Positions 30,229 through 39,790 of a DNA stretch of 64,000 bases are shown here, in pieces. The first letter of the stretch is position 1. Each line of letters begins with the position of its first letter. This DNA comes from Candidatus Eiseniibacteriota bacterium (lineage in GTDB: Bacteria; Eisenbacteria; RBG-16-71-46; JABDJR01), in contig CAVXKA010000002.1 in NCBI GenBank assembly GCA_963762255.1, positions 320,001 through 384,000 of the forward strand, read 5' to 3'. Made by a program: the position numbers and the translations under genes. The notes under the pieces were generated by a model. The model ran no database searches. It saw nothing but the letters and a program-made list of their open reading frames with translations, and had not been told where the DNA came from.

Positions 30229-32079
30229 TCAGCTCCCGTTCCGCGCGGCCAGCTCGCGACGAGCGCCCTCGGGATCATAGCTGATCGTCTCCGAGCGCCA
30301 GAGGAGCCACGGACGGAGGATGCTGGGTTCGAGCCCGGTGAATTTGTTGCGGACCGCGAGAAATCCTCTGCGGCTCACCGTGTACATCGCGGGACAGTTC
30401 TCGGTGACGATGCGCTGCACGCGATCGAAGACCACCTTGCGCGCGCTTTGGTCGGTCATGGTGACCTGGGCGTTCATGAGGCTGTCCACCGCAGCTTCCC
30501 ATGCGGTGGCGGGACGCGGTTGCTCCGGGTACCAGAAATGGGTCCGCCCCGACGACTTGAACACGTTGGCGGACATGATGGGATCGGGGGGAATCCCTCC
30601 GGTGAGGCCGAAGAGGATGGCGTCGTAGTCGAACGTCTCCCGGATGCGGGTGACCATCGCGTTGGACTCGGTGGGCACCAGCGCCATCTTGATCCCGATC
30701 TTGGCCAGATCGTCGAGGATGACGTTGGCCACCGCGATGCGCTCCTTGTTGTCGGCGTTGGTGAGGAGCGTGAAGTGGAGAGGATGCCCCTTGCTGTCCT
30801 CGCGGATTCCGTCCCCGTTGCGATCGCGCAGCCCCGCGTCCTCCAGAAGGGACCGCGACTTGTCGAGATCGTATTCGTACCGGACCACGTCCTCGCAGTA
30901 CCACTTTCTGTTCGCGGGCGGGATCGGCCCGTAGAGGGGCTCGGCCATGCCGTAGTAGACGATGTTGGAGATGGACCGGCGATCCACCGCATGCGCCACC
31001 GCGCGCCGGAACCGCAGATCGCCGAACACCGCAAGCTTCCAGGGCTCCAGATAGGGCTTGCCGGTCTTCGTGTTGCGGCTCGGGTTCAGGTTGAACCACA
31101 TGAAGTTGTTGCCCATCTCCATGCCGAGATCGATGACGGTGTAATCCCCCGCTCGCTCCCCGTCCTTCATCTGGACGTAGTCCTCGGCGCGGAAGTAGAT
31201 CTCGTCCGCGGCGCCGCTGCGGAACTTGAGGACCTCCGCGTTCTGGTCGGGCACGGTCACGTAGATGAGCTCGTCGAGGTACGGGAGACGGTTCCCCGCC
31301 GAGTCGTAGCCGTGGAACCAGGGATTCGGTCTCAGCACCACCTTCTGCTGCGGCTCATAGGAAACCAGCACCCATGGGCCTGCGGAAACGATCTCGCCGG
31401 GCGGTGTGGCCAACCCATACGCCGACTCGAACTCGCCCGCGCGGTACGCCGCCTCGAGCTTGTGCTTCGGGAGGATGTAGACCGCGCCGATCACGCTCAG
31501 GAACGGGCCGTACGGCTTGCTCAGCCCGACCCTCACCGTCACGTCGTCCACCTTCTCGAATCGGAAGGGGACTCCATCCACTCGGCAGAGATCCCCCGCC
31601 GAGGGGTGGATGTCCTCGTCGTAGAGAATCTCCGAGGTGAAGATCACATCGTCGGCGTTCAGGGGATGGCCGTCCGACCAGTGCAAGCCACGCCGCAGGT
31701 GGAAGGTCCAGGTGAGCCCGTTCTCGCTCATCTCCCAGGACTTGGCCAGACCGGGTTCGTTCTCCTGGGTCCGGTTGTTGAACGTGACCAGGCTCAGGAA
31801 GAAATGCCCGTTGGTGATGTCGGTGCTCGACGTCTCGTTCGCGGTGAGAGCATTCCAGGTCTTGGGGTCCTGCCGCTGGGTAACCACGAATCGCCCGCCG
31901 TGGACACCATGCGCGCTCTCGTAAACGAGCGGATCCTGGGGTGCGGGGAGCGAGTCCGGCCGCGCGGGCTGGCGTCCGGCGACTCGGGACGTCTTGCCCT
32001 GTCCCCCGCCGCACGCACCGAGGGTAAGGGCCAGGACGGCGAGCCCGATCGTCAAGGCCGCGAGGCCGCGTTGGCGCAT
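30229..32079 (-). CDS. Peptide ABC transporter substrate-binding lipoprotein (family 5)
   Basis: Lipobox LGAC, PGLAKSWE, WSDGHPLNADDV, FRRAVAHAVDR. Confidence 0.93.
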   Translation of the reverse strand: MRQRGLAALTIGLAVLALTLGACGGGQGKTSRVAGRQPARPDSLPAPQDPLVYESAHGVHGGRFVVTQRQDPKTWNALTANETSSTDITNGHFFLSLVTFNNRTQENEPGLAKSWEMSENGLTWTFHLRRGLHWSDGHPLNADDVIFTSEILYDEDIHPSAGDLCRVDGVPFRFEKVDDVTVRVGLSKPYGPFLSVIGAVYILPKHKLEAAYRAGEFESAYGLATPPGEIVSAGPWVLVSYEPQQKVVLRPNPWFHGYDSAGNRLPYLDELIYVTVPDQNAEVLKFRSGAADEIYFRAEDYVQMKDGERAGDYTVIDLGMEMGNNFMWFNLNPSRNTKTGKPYLEPWKLAVFGDLRFRRAVAHAVDRRSISNIVYYGMAEPLYGPIPPANRKWYCEDVVRYEYDLDKSRSLLEDAGLRDRNGDGIREDSKGHPLHFTLLTNADNKERIAVANVILDDLAKIGIKMALVPTESNAMVTRIRETFDYDAILFGLTGGIPPDPIMSANVFKSSGRTHFWYPEQPRPATAWEAAVDSLMNAQVTMTDQSARKVVFDRVQRIVTENCPAMYTVSRRGFLAVRNKFTGLEPSILRPWLLWRSETISYDPEGARRELAARNGS

Positions 32080-32146
32080 GGCGTCTCCTTGGGAAACCCG
32101 TGTCCGCGTAAGCCCTTGGTCCGAGAGGGGTAAGCCAAGTCAAAGC

Positions 32147-32176
32147 AGTATAGGAACCGCCCGCGGAGGTTGTCAA
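32147..32176 (-). promoter_or_regulatory. sigma70-type promoter TTGACA-N18-TATACT for the opp operon
   Basis: Near-perfect hexamers about 70 nt upstream of the SBP start. Confidence 0.7.
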
Positions 32177-32237
32177 CGAAGAGGGCGCGCCGGCGGTCTT
32201 TGGTGCGATCAGGGTCGGGAACCCGGTCTCGCCCCCC

Positions 32238-32280
32238 AAAAAGCAGCGACCACTCCCTCATCCGGAGAGAGTGGTCGCTG
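32238..32280 (-). terminator. Intrinsic terminator after the secreted-protein gene
   Basis: Perfect 12-bp stem CAGCGACCACTC/GAGTGGTCGCTG followed by CTTTTT. Confidence 0.8.
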
Positions 32281-32301
32281 ACGAGAACCGAGCGAGACGC
32301 T

Positions 32302-33042
32302 CTAGTTGTAGGTGCTCTTGATCCGACCCCAGGTGGACTGCTGAACCGGAACAGGGGTCTCGCAGGCGTCCAGGAAGGTGGTGCCGACGCCCAGATCATC
32401 GACTTCCCACGTCCAAACACCACCCGTCACGCTGGCCTGACGGAAGGCGTAGGCGGAGGAGAAGATGTTCGGCGTGGCGACCTCGGTCACGGTGAGCGAA
32501 GGGCTCGCTTCGCTGACCGGGTCCACCCACAGGGTTGCCTGACGGGTGTGCGGGTCGTAGCAGGTCGCGACCACGTACCAGGTGTCGTAGGCGAGTGTGG
32601 TGGGCCACACGGTGGCCGTGTTGCTGCTCACCGAAATCCCGAAGGTGAACGCCGGGCTGCTCGGGATGATGAACACCTTCGCACGGAAGTTCGAGGTGCC
32701 GGTATCCTTGAAGTGGGCGAAGTACCCGTTCACCGTGGGCGTAGTCCCCGTGAGGGCGGGGATCCGGACCTTGAAGCACGCGTAGACCCTGCTGGTCGAG
32801 TCCGGGGCGGGGCTGCTCCACGCCCGGTTGTCATCCGCTGACCTGGAGGTCATGCCCTGGATGTAGCCGCCGCTCATGACCTGAATGTCGGTAGTCCCGC
32901 TGTGGATGGCCCATCCGCCGTTGGGGACGAGGTTACCCACAGGGTAGCTGAAGTTCTCGAGGTAGATATTGGCCGCTAGGGCGGGCGACACGAGCAGCGC
33001 CGCACTACCGAGCGCGAGAAGCGCAATAGCCGTCTTTCGCAT
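32302..33042 (-). CDS. Secreted beta-rich protein with C-terminal TPV..STWGRIK..Y motif
   Basis: Sec signal peptide (MRKTAIALLALG..ALA), Thr/Ser/aromatic-rich body, AAAGGAG RBS, own terminator. Confidence 0.85.
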   Translation of the reverse strand: MRKTAIALLALGSAALLVSPALAANIYLENFSYPVGNLVPNGGWAIHSGTTDIQVMSGGYIQGMTSRSADDNRAWSSPAPDSTSRVYACFKVRIPALTGTTPTVNGYFAHFKDTGTSNFRAKVFIIPSSPAFTFGISVSSNTATVWPTTLAYDTWYVVATCYDPHTRQATLWVDPVSEASPSLTVTEVATPNIFSSAYAFRQASVTGGVWTWEVDDLGVGTTFLDACETPVPVQQSTWGRIKSTYN

Positions 33043-33431
33043 TCTGGAGTCTCTCCTTTTGGTGCTTAGCTAAGCCGGCGGCTGTATGAATGGCCGTTAG
33101 CACCCTCGCAACCCTGCCCTCCCAGAGGGAGCCAGCTAGAGGAGCGATGGCTCAAGTTGTTTCGGGCCTCCGGTCGCCGAACGGCACCCCGACAGGGGCA
33201 CCCGCTCCCGGCTTGGCCAGCGTGACTGCCGCCGACCCACATTCACCTAACCGCTGCGATAATGATACATTAGCAGGGTGGTGTGGCGCAAGTTGATTCC
33301 GTGGCCACTGGAGAGGCCCCTAGGAATACCAGGCTGCTTCGCCAACTTGTGGAAACCTCGAGCCGGTCGATCGTGTCTACGACTGGAGCCCGCTCAGGAG
33401 TCGGTAGCGCCCCGCAGGAGAACCCTCGCAG

Positions 33432-35108
33432 TTGAGCCATCAGCCTTCAGTCCCCGACCGCTCCTCCCCGCCGACGCGGAGACCTGACTGTCGGGCGGTT
33501 CTCGACCCCACGCGATCCGTTTCCGACGTCTCCCGTCTCGCATCGCTGGCCCTGGCAGGCCTCCTGCTCGGGACGTACCTCTGGCTTGCTCCACCTGTCT
33601 CCGGAGACAAGGACTCGAGCGAGTTCACCGTCGTGCTGGCAACCGGCGGGGTCCTCCATCCCACCGGCTACCCGCTGTTCACACTTGTCGGCCACGGTTT
33701 CGTGGTGTTGCTGCATGCGCTGGGGATATCTTGGCCCCGTGCCGCCAACGCGTGGTCAGGAGTCGGGGGCGGGCTCGCGCTCTTCCTCTACCACCGTCTT
33801 GCCCTCCGCTGGTTGCCTTCGGAGCCCGGTCCGGGTCGGCTTGCCAGGTTCGGGCTCGCTGCCCTCCCGGTCCTCCTTCTCGGCTTCAATCCTGTCTGGA
33901 CCGCAGTGACAACTATCGCGGAAGTGCATAGCTGGCATGTGGCTTGGGTGATCGGTCTGGCCCTCTTTCTTGATTGGGAAATGGAAGCGCTGAGACGCGG
34001 AACGCCGGTGGCCACCGACCTGGCACGTCACATGGGGGTCTGGGGTCTAATCTGCGGCGTGGGGATGGGCCATCATGTCACTGCGGTGTTCTTCGTCGCC
34101 ATCGGGACGGTGGTCTTGGGATGGGGACTTGCGCGCCGGGGGCTCTTTCGGTGGTGGGTGCCTCTGTTGTGGTTGGGCGGGGGCATGCTCCCCTTGCTGA
34201 GCTATGGGTATCTCTGGTACATGGCGAGCCGACCTGGGGAGTCGGTTGTATGGCCCATGCTCGAGCCCACTTTCCACGGCCTCCTGAACCACGTCACCGC
34301 GCTATCGTACCGACAGTACTTGGGGGGGTGGAATCCAGAGACATCGGAGCGGTCGGCTCTGATCTCCTACGTTTATCCGTTCCTCTGGCCAGGGCTCGCC
34401 CTCTATGCGTGGCACACCGTCGTCCGGCGGCGCTCCCCGACATGGGGCTCTCGGGCGGGATTTCTGCTCGCGTCCACGATGCTACTTCTGTTCACGTTCC
34501 ACTATGGCGTCACCGACCCCAGTTCGTACTTTCTCCCCTGCTTGGCGGTGGCCTTGCTGGCCCTGGTACCGACAGGGTGGGCGGCTCTATGCAGACTCCG
34601 ACGACGTCGACCGGCGACCCTGCTGTCCGGGATCGGCACAGCGGCAGCGCTCGCGATTCTCATCGTACCGTGGGTGCACACGGCAAGAGTACATACCCAA
34701 GCACTGGTAGAGATCGATGAACTCCTGCTGGGAATGTGGCGCTCCATCCCCTTCGAAAGCGGCATCGTCCTGTGGCCCAACGGCAACTACTACCGCCTGA
34801 AGGAGTATCAGAAGCTCGGGAACGAGAAGCCCGCCATCGACGTGTATGCAACCGCGGTCATCTGCAATGACTATCCGAGAAGGATGTTCATCCAGAAGTA
34901 CGGCTTCGACCCCCTGGGCAATAACGACGCCGCTCATCTGGCCGAGCCGTTGAAGCCCGAGTTCGTCATCGGACAGCAGACATCCCCGGACGAAGCCCGA
35001 TTCTTCGCCCGGATCCACGAGACCATCATCAACCGCGCACCCGTGCCGGTGGCGGCCTTTGACGCCCCCGTCGAAGTCCGGGTATACGCCCCGAGGATTG
35101 CGCGCTGA
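33432..35108 (+). CDS. DUF2723/TMEM260-like GT-C fold membrane glycosyltransferase; start uncertain
   Basis: GDKDSSEF..GVLHPTGYPLFTL signature, AEVH, GMGHH, many TM helices. Confidence 0.8.
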   Translation: MSHQPSVPDRSSPPTRRPDCRAVLDPTRSVSDVSRLASLALAGLLLGTYLWLAPPVSGDKDSSEFTVVLATGGVLHPTGYPLFTLVGHGFVVLLHALGISWPRAANAWSGVGGGLALFLYHRLALRWLPSEPGPGRLARFGLAALPVLLLGFNPVWTAVTTIAEVHSWHVAWVIGLALFLDWEMEALRRGTPVATDLARHMGVWGLICGVGMGHHVTAVFFVAIGTVVLGWGLARRGLFRWWVPLLWLGGGMLPLLSYGYLWYMASRPGESVVWPMLEPTFHGLLNHVTALSYRQYLGGWNPETSERSALISYVYPFLWPGLALYAWHTVVRRRSPTWGSRAGFLLASTMLLLFTFHYGVTDPSSYFLPCLAVALLALVPTGWAALCRLRRRRPATLLSGIGTAAALAILIVPWVHTARVHTQALVEIDELLLGMWRSIPFESGIVLWPNGNYYRLKEYQKLGNEKPAIDVYATAVICNDYPRRMFIQKYGFDPLGNNDAAHLAEPLKPEFVIGQQTSPDEARFFARIHETIINRAPVPVAAFDAPVEVRVYAPRIAR

Positions 35109-35120
35109 CCCGCGGTGCTC

Positions 35121-36389
35121 TTATCTCGACGCCTCGCGCGGCGTGCGCCAGCGCGTAACGGTGCCCCGGCGAGGCCGGCGGCCCCACCCCATCGGCGTGG
35201 CCACCACCGTGACCACCGCCATGAGCATCCAGTAGACGATCGGGTAAAACACGGCCACGTAGTAGAAACGGGATACCGTGGGGTCGTAGCGACGCTCGAG
35301 GAGGACACCCAGGAGGAGCTGGAGGAGACATGTGGTGCCGATCAGCATCCCCCACCAGTTGGGAACCGGGGAAACCCCCACCGGGACGAGCCCGACGGCG
35401 AGGGATGCGCCCCAGAGCGCGATCAGGATGACCACGCAATAGGCCCACGAGATGGAGAGGATCGCCTCCACGAAGACTGGCCAGTGCCGGCGGTTCTTCC
35501 AGTGGCGCAGGACGTCGTCGTTGCGCCGCAGCACCTGGGCCAGCCCCCGCGCCCAGCGCAGGCGTTGCCGCCACAGGCCGCTCAGGCCGGAAGGCACCTG
35601 CATCCACACCAGGGCCCGCGGCTCGTAGCGTACGTCGTAGAACGCGCGCTGGAGCTTCCAGGTCATGTCGATGTCCTCCGTGGCCATCTCTGGGCTGTAG
35701 AGACCGACGTCGATCAAGGCCGATCGCCGGAACGCCCCCACCACGCCGGACATCGTGAGGATGCGCCCCCACACACGCTGGGCGCGGCGCAGGAGGCTCA
35801 CGATCGAGGCGAATTCGATGAGTTGGAGCTTGGCCAGCAGGCTTTCCCGGTTGGCCACCCGGGGATTGCCGGTGACCGCCGCCACGCGCGCCGATCGAAA
35901 GTGCGGCACCATCCAGCGCAGGATCCCCGGGTCGGGATACGCGTCGGCGTCCATGATGAGGACGATCTCCCCGTTCACCACCGGGATCGCGTCGTTCAAG
36001 GCCATCGCCTTCCCCTCGTTGCGTCGCTTGCGAATCAGACGCACCTGGCCGCGCGCGATGTACGGGGCGATCTCCACCGCGGTGTTGTCGGTGGAGGCGT
36101 CGTCCACGATCACGATCTCCTTGAACGGATAGTCGATCTGGAGGATCCCCTCGATGGTCCGGGCGATGACCTTCTCCTCGCAATACGTGGGCACGAGCAC
36201 GGTGACCAGCGGGTACTCGTCGATCGCGTAGAGATCGCGGTTAGGGCGGCGCTCCCATCGCCAGTAGTAGACGAGAGACGTGGAGATCCAGACCAGGCTG
36301 GAAAGCACGGGGTAGAGGGCGAAGAAGAGCAGCACCGCGAAATAGGGGGGACTCTCCTGAAAGCGCAGCAGCGTGTCGTGGAGTTCCAC
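35121..36389 (-). CDS. pgaC: Poly-beta-1,6-GlcNAc synthase-like GT2 (PgaC/IcaA family)
   Basis: DDASTD, GKAMALN, DAD, TGNPRVANR, TEDID, QRLRW. GTG start 36389. Confidence 0.85.
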   Translation of the reverse strand: MELHDTLLRFQESPPYFAVLLFFALYPVLSSLVWISTSLVYYWRWERRPNRDLYAIDEYPLVTVLVPTYCEEKVIARTIEGILQIDYPFKEIVIVDDASTDNTAVEIAPYIARGQVRLIRKRRNEGKAMALNDAIPVVNGEIVLIMDADAYPDPGILRWMVPHFRSARVAAVTGNPRVANRESLLAKLQLIEFASIVSLLRRAQRVWGRILTMSGVVGAFRRSALIDVGLYSPEMATEDIDMTWKLQRAFYDVRYEPRALVWMQVPSGLSGLWRQRLRWARGLAQVLRRNDDVLRHWKNRRHWPVFVEAILSISWAYCVVILIALWGASLAVGLVPVGVSPVPNWWGMLIGTTCLLQLLLGVLLERRYDPTVSRFYYVAVFYPIVYWMLMAVVTVVATPMGWGRRPRRGTVTRWRTPREASR

Positions 36390-36391
36390 GG

Positions 36392-36817
36392 TCAGAAGGC
36401 CCTGTAGATCTTGGCGCCGGTGCGGGGATCGAGATCGATCTCCACCTCCGGCGCCATCTGAAGGGTTTCCCAGCCGGGGCCCGTCACCGGGCGGCCCAGC
36501 ACGTCGCGCGACCAGTCGCGGCTCGCCTCGCGGGAGTGAAGACGGCGATAGGCGTACCGACGGGAGAGGATCAGGTTGTGGCGAATCCACGCCGCGGTGA
36601 GGCTGACGGATACGACGAGAAGGATCGCGACGACGAGCACGCCCGCCGCGCCCTCGGCGGGCGGCGTGCGATAGAAGACGCGCCGCCAGAAGAGCGCGAA
36701 GACGATCCATCCGCCCACCGCGAGCAGGAAGTGGAATACGCCGGCTGCGCGCCCTGATTCGGTCAGGGGCGGACGATAGCGTGGATCGCGGATCGGGGAC
36801 GGCGACACGCGCGGCAA
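36392..36817 (-). CDS. Small 2-TM protein, PgaD-like accessory subunit
   Basis: Two hydrophobic helices then WIRHN..RR. Lies immediately upstream of the pgaC-like gene. Confidence 0.6.
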   Translation of the reverse strand: MPRVSPSPIRDPRYRPPLTESGRAAGVFHFLLAVGGWIVFALFWRRVFYRTPPAEGAAGVLVVAILLVVSVSLTAAWIRHNLILSRRYAYRRLHSREASRDWSRDVLGRPVTGPGWETLQMAPEVEIDLDPRTGAKIYRAF

Positions 36818-36959
36818 ACTCCTCGAAGAGATTGGGTCTAGTTCGCTTCTCTTCGAGAGTTATCGGCGGTGACGCCCTCCGGTTTGAGAGGGGCCGATAC
36901 CGCGCGGCCTGTCCTGCGCATCCGGGCGGTCAGCCTCCGGCCGGCTGCCGCCCCCCGCC

Positions 36960-38420
36960 TCAGCCCCCGGACTCTTCCGGCGACCACCGCAGCTTGAGCT
37001 TCCGCGCGGCGAGAGCCTCGTCGGGGCGGGCAACCGGCGTGGTGTGCGGCGCCCCCTTCACGAGATCGGGCGTCTCCGCCGCCTCGCGTGCGATCTGGCG
37101 CATGATCTCGATGAACCGGTCGAGCGTGGGCTTGGGCTCGCTCTCGGTCGGCTCGATCATCAACGCTTCCTCCACGATGAGCGGGAAGTACGTGGTCGGC
37201 GCGTGCATCCCGAAATCGAGAAGCCGCTTGGACACGTCGCCCGCACGCACGCCGTGCTTCTTCTGCTCCACCGCCGACAGCACGAACTCGTGCATGCACG
37301 GGCCCGGGTACTTGACGGCGTAGCTTTCGCGCAGCGCGGCGAGGAGATAGTTGGCATTCAGGATGGCGTTGCGCGTCATGGCGGTGAGCCCCGTGCCGCC
37401 CAGGCTCATGATGTAGACGAGCGCGCGCACCAGCACTCCAAAGTTCCCGTGGAACCCGTGCATGCGACCCACCGACAGCGGCCGGTCGTAATCCACGCGG
37501 TACACCCCGTCCTTTTCCTCGATCACCGGCACCGGCAGGAACGGGCGCAGATCCTCCCGCACCGCGATCGGCCCCGCGCCCGGGCCGCCGCCTCCGTGAG
37601 GCGTCGAGAAGGTCTTGTGCAGGTTCAGGTGCATCATGTCGAAGCCCATCTCACCGGGGCGAACGAGCCCGACCAACGCGTTCATGTTGGCGCCGTCGAG
37701 GTAGAGGAGCGCGCCCGCGCCGTGCACGGCAGCGGCGATCTCCTCGATGTGGGTCTCGAAAATCCCCAGCGTGTTGGGGTTGGTGACCATCATGGCCGCG
37801 GTGCGCGGTCCGAGGACCTTGCGCAGCGCTTCGAGGTCCACCTTCCCCTCGGCGTTCGATTTGATCTCCACCGCCTTCATCCCGGCGATGCGCACCGACG
37901 CCGGGTTCGTGCCGTGGGCGGAATCGGGGATGATGACCTCGTCACGATTCTCGCCACGGCTCTTGTGATAGGCGCGGGCCACCAGCATGGCGGTGAGTTC
38001 GCCCTCCGCCCCCGCCGCCGGCTGCAGGGTCACCGCGGGAAGACCTGTGATCTCGGCCAGCGCGCACTCCAGCGTCTTCAGGAGCTCCAGCGCCCCCTGC
38101 ACCTCCTCGTCGGGTGCGAGCGGATGGATCAACGCCAATCCGGGCAACGCCGCCAGCCGGTCGTTGATCTTCGGGTTGTACTTCATGGTGCACGACCCGA
38201 GGGGATAGAAGTCCTTGTCGACGTGATGATTCAGCGTCGAGAGGTTCGTGAAGTGGCGCACCACTTCCGGCTCGCTCACTTCCGGCAGGAACGGCGTGTC
38301 CGCCCGGCGAAGATTTGCCGGCACCAGCGACTCCACCCCCTTGGCCGGAATGTCCAACTCGGAAAGAAGCGCGCCCCGCACTCCCGGACGCGATTGATCG
38401 AAGATCAGCTTCTCAACCAC
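36960..38420 (-). CDS. gcvPB: Glycine dehydrogenase (decarboxylating) subunit 2
   Basis: YPLGSCTMKYNP, SAHGTNPAS, HLNLHKTFSTPHGGGGPG (PLP Lys), IEPTESE. Confidence 0.97.
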   Translation of the reverse strand: MVEKLIFDQSRPGVRGALLSELDIPAKGVESLVPANLRRADTPFLPEVSEPEVVRHFTNLSTLNHHVDKDFYPLGSCTMKYNPKINDRLAALPGLALIHPLAPDEEVQGALELLKTLECALAEITGLPAVTLQPAAGAEGELTAMLVARAYHKSRGENRDEVIIPDSAHGTNPASVRIAGMKAVEIKSNAEGKVDLEALRKVLGPRTAAMMVTNPNTLGIFETHIEEIAAAVHGAGALLYLDGANMNALVGLVRPGEMGFDMMHLNLHKTFSTPHGGGGPGAGPIAVREDLRPFLPVPVIEEKDGVYRVDYDRPLSVGRMHGFHGNFGVLVRALVYIMSLGGTGLTAMTRNAILNANYLLAALRESYAVKYPGPCMHEFVLSAVEQKKHGVRAGDVSKRLLDFGMHAPTTYFPLIVEEALMIEPTESEPKPTLDRFIEIMRQIAREAAETPDLVKGAPHTTPVARPDEALAARKLKLRWSPEESGG

Positions 38421-39789
38421 GGGCCGCCTCCTTCACCGCCTCCACCAACGCGTCGAGGTCCTCCCGAGTGTGCTTCTCCGTCGCGCAGACCAGCAGGAGG
38501 CGATCCGCCTTCGCCGGCCGCGTGCCCGGCAGCGCCTCGGGGAGCGCCCCCAGATCCACCCCGGCGAGCACGCCGCGCTTGAGCGCCCCCCGCACGATGT
38601 CCCGCGCCGGCCGCGGGCACTCCAGCACGAACTCGTGGAAAAAGGGCGCGTCGAAGGCGAGCTTGAATCCCGGCAGCGCGCCGAGTCGCTCAGCCGCGTA
38701 GTGCGCGCGCTCCAGGCAGTGCTCGGCCGTTTCGCGCATGCCCTGCGGTCCGAGAAGCGAGAGATAGATGGAGGCGCGCAGCGCGAGCAGCCCCTGGTTG
38801 GTGCAGATGTTGGAAGTCGCCTTCTCGCGCCGGATGTGCTGTTCGCGGGTCTGCAGCGTCATCACGAACGCGCGGAGCCCGTTCCGGTCCACCGTCTCGC
38901 CGACCAGGCGCCCCGGTACGTTCCGCGCGAACTCCTTCTTCGCGGTGAAGATGCCGAGCGCCGGGCCGCCGAAGCTCGGGGGCGTGCCCAAAGACATCCC
39001 TTCGCCCACCGCAAGGTCTGCGTCCATCGCTCCGGGGGTCTTGTAGATCGCAAGCGCGTGCGGTTCGAACACCGCGATCGCGCGTGCGCCCGCCGAGTGG
39101 GCCATCGCGAAGGCCTCGGTGGCGTCCTCGACGACGCCGTAGAAGTTCGGGGTCTGAACCACCACCGCGGCGGCATCGACGGAGAGGTTCGCGGCTAGCC
39201 ACGCGCGGTCGACCGTGCCGCGCTCGGCGGGATCGGCGCACACTTCGATGTCCTGCTCCCGGCAGAAGGTGCGCAGGGTCTGCAAGTAGTGGGGATGAAC
39301 CGGGCCCGCCACGAGGATGCGCTTCCGTCCCGTGGTGGACGCGGCCAGGAGCGCCGCCTCGGCGAGCGCGGTCGCGCCGTCGTAGAGCGACGCGTTGGCG
39401 ATGTCCATCCCGGTCAGCTCCGAGATCAGGGTCTGAAACTCGAAGATGACGGCGAGCGTCCCCTGCGAGACCTCGGGCTGGTACGGCGTGTACGCGGTGT
39501 AGAACTCGGAGCGGAAGCAGAGAGTGTCCACCGCCGCCGGGACGAAGTGGTCGTAGGCGCCGGCGCCGAGGAAGGAGCGGCGGTTTCCGCCGTGACCGTT
39601 CCTGGCCGCCAGCCCCTCGATGAGCCGGGCGACTTCGAACTCGCTTTTGGGGGCAGGCAAGCCGAGCGGCTCCTTGAGACGCAACTTCTGCGGCACGGGT
39701 GTGAGGAGTTCATCGAACGACGAGACCCCGATCGCCCGCAGCATCGCCTCCTCTTCGCCGTCCCCGCGCGGGATGTAGGGGAATCTCAA
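38413..39789 (-). CDS. gcvPA: Glycine dehydrogenase (decarboxylating) subunit 1
   Basis: FYTAYTPYQPEVSQG, NASLYDGAT, TREQHIRREKATSNICTN. Confidence 0.97.
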   Translation of the reverse strand: MRFPYIPRGDGEEEAMLRAIGVSSFDELLTPVPQKLRLKEPLGLPAPKSEFEVARLIEGLAARNGHGGNRRSFLGAGAYDHFVPAAVDTLCFRSEFYTAYTPYQPEVSQGTLAVIFEFQTLISELTGMDIANASLYDGATALAEAALLAASTTGRKRILVAGPVHPHYLQTLRTFCREQDIEVCADPAERGTVDRAWLAANLSVDAAAVVVQTPNFYGVVEDATEAFAMAHSAGARAIAVFEPHALAIYKTPGAMDADLAVGEGMSLGTPPSFGGPALGIFTAKKEFARNVPGRLVGETVDRNGLRAFVMTLQTREQHIRREKATSNICTNQGLLALRASIYLSLLGPQGMRETAEHCLERAHYAAERLGALPGFKLAFDAPFFHEFVLECPRPARDIVRGALKRGVLAGVDLGALPEALPGTRPAKADRLLLVCATEKHTREDLDALVEAVKEAARG

Positions 39790-39790
39790 T

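Noticed and set aside
19367-32133. Long plus-strand ORFs (e.g. 19367-21742, 25735-28329, 29506-32133)
   Set aside because: Antisense shadows of well-supported minus-strand genes, expected at this GC content; no recognisable domains.
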